From Candidatus Marinacidobacterium sp. (GTDB lineage Bacteria; Acidobacteriota; Vicinamibacteria; Marinacidobacterales; Marinacidobacteraceae), in assembly GCA_965220965.1 (NCBI GenBank), contig OZ244852.1:2656001-2720000 (forward strand): a DNA stretch of 64,000 nt, written 5' to 3'. Numbering within the stretch: position 1 is the stretch's first letter; each line of letters begins with the position of its first letter. Shown here piece after piece: positions 62,101 through 64,000 of this stretch. The notes beneath the pieces were generated by a model. That model was not told the origin of the DNA and searched no databases. It worked only from the letters and a program-made list of their open reading frames with translations. Made by a program: the position numbers and the translations under genes.

Positions 62101-62175
62101 CGGGTCTCCTCCCGCTCGCTCACGGTCGCTCATGAGGCCGACCGAAGGCTCGGCATCCGGCCAGCGCGCCCCGGC

Positions 62176-62249
62176 TGGCTGGGAAGCAGGGACTCGAACC
62201 CCGATTCCACGGTCCAGAGCCGTGTGTCCTGCCATTGGACGACTTCCCA
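62176..62249 (-). tRNA. tRNA-Gln (CTG)
   Basis: TGGGAAG/CTTCCCA acceptor stem, CT-CTG-GA loop, GGTTCGAGTCC, CCA. Confidence 0.96.
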
Positions 62250-62346
62250 TAGCTGCCCGGACCCTGAAGGATAGCAGCAGGCGCCGCCGCCCCCCGCCGA
62301 GCGAGGTACCATCCGGCGGCGCGCGGAGCTTGCCCGAATCGTGCCT

Positions 62347-62433
62347 GGAGAGGTGCTGGAGTGGCTGAACAGGGCTGCCTGCTAAGCAGTTGCGCGGGGA
62401 ACCGCGCCGAGGGTTCGAATCCCTCCCTCTCCG
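62347..62433 (+). tRNA. tRNA-Ser (GCT), CCA not encoded
   Basis: GGAGAGG/CCTCTCC acceptor stem, CT-GCT-AA loop, long variable arm, GGTTCGAATCC; followed by CCG. Confidence 0.94.
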
Positions 62434-64000
62434 CCGGGCCTCCGAGGTCCGGACTCCGGTCCCGGGCCGCCGCGCTCCTCGCCTTCGCCTGGCTCGGGGC
62501 CGGAGCGCCGGCTCTCGCCCAGCCGGGCGGCGGCGTTGATGGAGTCGTGGTGGACGCCACCGGCGGCGTGCTGCCCGGCGCCCGGATCACCCTCGTTCTC
62601 GTCGACCGCGGGCTCGAGCGCCGGCAGACCGCCGGGCCCCTGGGCCGGTTCGGTTTCGCCGGTCTGCCGCCGGGTCTCTACCGGATCACCGCCGACCATC
62701 CCGGATTCCAGAGCGGTCCTCCGGCCGATCTGGTGGTCGACGCCGGATCCGTCGTGGAGGTGGAGCTGCGGCTCGCCGTCGCCGGGATCGTCGAGAGCGT
62801 GTCGGCGATGTCCCGACGACCGCTGGAGCTGCGGGGCGCCGGGGTGCGGGAGACGGTCGACCGCCCGGTTCTCGAGGACCTCCCGAACTCCCGGGACATC
62901 TGGACGGTCCTGGAGCAGACGCCGGGGATCCTGATGGACAAGGTGAACGTCGGGGGCGCCGAGAGCGGCCAGCAGTCGCTGTTCTCCGCCGCCGGCTCGG
63001 CGTGGACCCAGAACCGCTACGTCCTGAACGGAGTCAACGTGACGGACCCGGGAGCGATGGGCGCCGCCATCGCCTACTTCACCTTCGACAGCTTCGAGGA
63101 GGTGGAGGTCTCGACCGCCGGACACCGCGCCGAGATCGCGACCCCCGGCGTCTTCCTGAACATCGTGACCCGGAAGGGCGGGAACGACTTCGCCGGGAGC
63201 GGGGCCTTCTTCTGGGAGCACGAGCGGTTCCAGTCGGAGAACCTCGATGACGCGCTCCGCGCCCGCGGCGTGGGGCAGGCGAACCGGCTCAAGGCGCTCT
63301 ACGACGGCTCGCTCGACCTCGGCGGGCCGCTGCGGCGGGACCGCGCGTGGTTCTACCTGAGCGCCTCGCGGTTCCGGGTGGAGCCCTACCTGCCCGGGTT
63401 CTTTCTCGAATCGGGCGCTCCGGGAGTCGACCTGACCCAGCTCGACAACCTGCTGGCGCGCGCCTCGGTCGAGGTCGCCGAGGGTCACGAGGTGGGGTTT
63501 TTCTTCTACCGGAACCGGAAGTTCCGGCCCTACCGGGGGGCCAGTCTCTTTCGTCCCCGACCCGAGACGACGTTCCATCAGGACTCCACGACGACCCTGG
63601 CCCAGCTCAACTGGTCCGCGGTCCTGGATGAATCGCTGCTCCTCCAGGCCCGGCTCAGCCTGGTGGACCTCTATTTCCCCTACGGGGCCCAGCCGGACCG
63701 GGCCCCGCAGGTCTCCCGCTGGGAACTCAACCGGGGCGTCTGGTACGGAGGATCGGGGACGAACACCGTCTACGAGCGGGATCGGCTCGAGGCGAACGCC
63801 ACCGCCACCTGGTTCCGGGACGGCCTCTTCGGCGCCACCCACGAATTCAGGGCGGGCTTCGAGGCGAGCCACAACCCGACGCGGACCACGCATGACCTCT
63901 TCGGGGGGATCCTCTACATCCACGACCGGCTGGAGCCGATCGAGGTCCGGATCTCCAACGAGCCGGTCGCCGTCCGCAACTTCACCCGGAACCTGGGCGT
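62361..64000 (+). CDS. TonB-dependent receptor, 3'-truncated by window edge; start ambiguous
   Basis: Manual translation AALLAFAWLGAGAPALAQ..GVVVDATGGVLPGARI...NVGGAESGQQS...NIVTRKGGNDF...GGPLRRDRAWF; nearest upstream in-frame GTG is at 62361, inside the tRNA. Confidence 0.85.
   Translation, partial: MAEQGCLLSSCAGNRAEGSNPSLSAGPPRSGLRSRAAALLAFAWLGAGAPALAQPGGGVDGVVVDATGGVLPGARITLVLVDRGLERRQTAGPLGRFGFAGLPPGLYRITADHPGFQSGPPADLVVDAGSVVEVELRLAVAGIVESVSAMSRRPLELRGAGVRETVDRPVLEDLPNSRDIWTVLEQTPGILMDKVNVGGAESGQQSLFSAAGSAWTQNRYVLNGVNVTDPGAMGAAIAYFTFDSFEEVEVSTAGHRAEIATPGVFLNIVTRKGGNDFAGSGAFFWEHERFQSENLDDALRARGVGQANRLKALYDGSLDLGGPLRRDRAWFYLSASRFRVEPYLPGFFLESGAPGVDLTQLDNLLARASVEVAEGHEVGFFFYRNRKFRPYRGASLFRPRPETTFHQDSTTTLAQLNWSAVLDESLLLQARLSLVDLYFPYGAQPDRAPQVSRWELNRGVWYGGSGTNTVYERDRLEANATATWFRDGLFGATHEFRAGFEASHNPTRTTHDLFGGILYIHDRLEPIEVRISNEPVAVRNFTRNLG

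Overview
A very GC-rich bacterial chromosome segment, mostly housekeeping. The gene styles suggest Acidobacteriota (secreted VWA protein, two carboxypeptidase-regulatory/TonB-dependent receptors, sulfatase-TPR and TPR/FG-GAP/ASPIC proteins), but this is inference. 1-9.6 kb is the spc/alpha ribosomal superoperon (partial rplX to rplQ, with secY, adk, map, infA, rpmJ), followed by a convergent EF-G paralogue. The rest holds a divergent PilMNO(P)-like trio, a three-gene exported-protein operon of unknown function, an aminotransferase/2-hydroxyacid dehydrogenase/Na+:solute symporter/GNAT operon, a MacAB-like ABC exporter, dcp-ctaB, a toxin-antitoxin-rich patch around a sulfatase-TPR gene, a TBDR, TPR/FG-GAP, ALDH7-type and TPR genes, a Gld-like ABC-2 system, dgt, VWA, mog, DksA-like, SDR, topA-xerC, pncA-like/pncB, serS, three tRNAs (Ser-TGA, Gln-CTG, Ser-GCT) and a truncated second TBDR. 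I saw no CRISPR array, transposase or reverse transcriptase. The most unusual signals are: (i) a diverged, gap-free copy of the last 27 codons of ctaB plus its downstream hairpin, exactly 150 bp away, forming a 36-aa membrane mini-ORF; (ii) a TBDR frame whose nearest canonical start upstream of its signal peptide lies inside tRNA-Ser(GCT); (iii) three antitoxin-like genes with one intact toxin and a possible zeta-toxin P-loop stump; (iv) an uncharacterised Ig-repeat plus Tat-exported metalloenzyme operon. All alignments and counts were done by eye; no database search was run.
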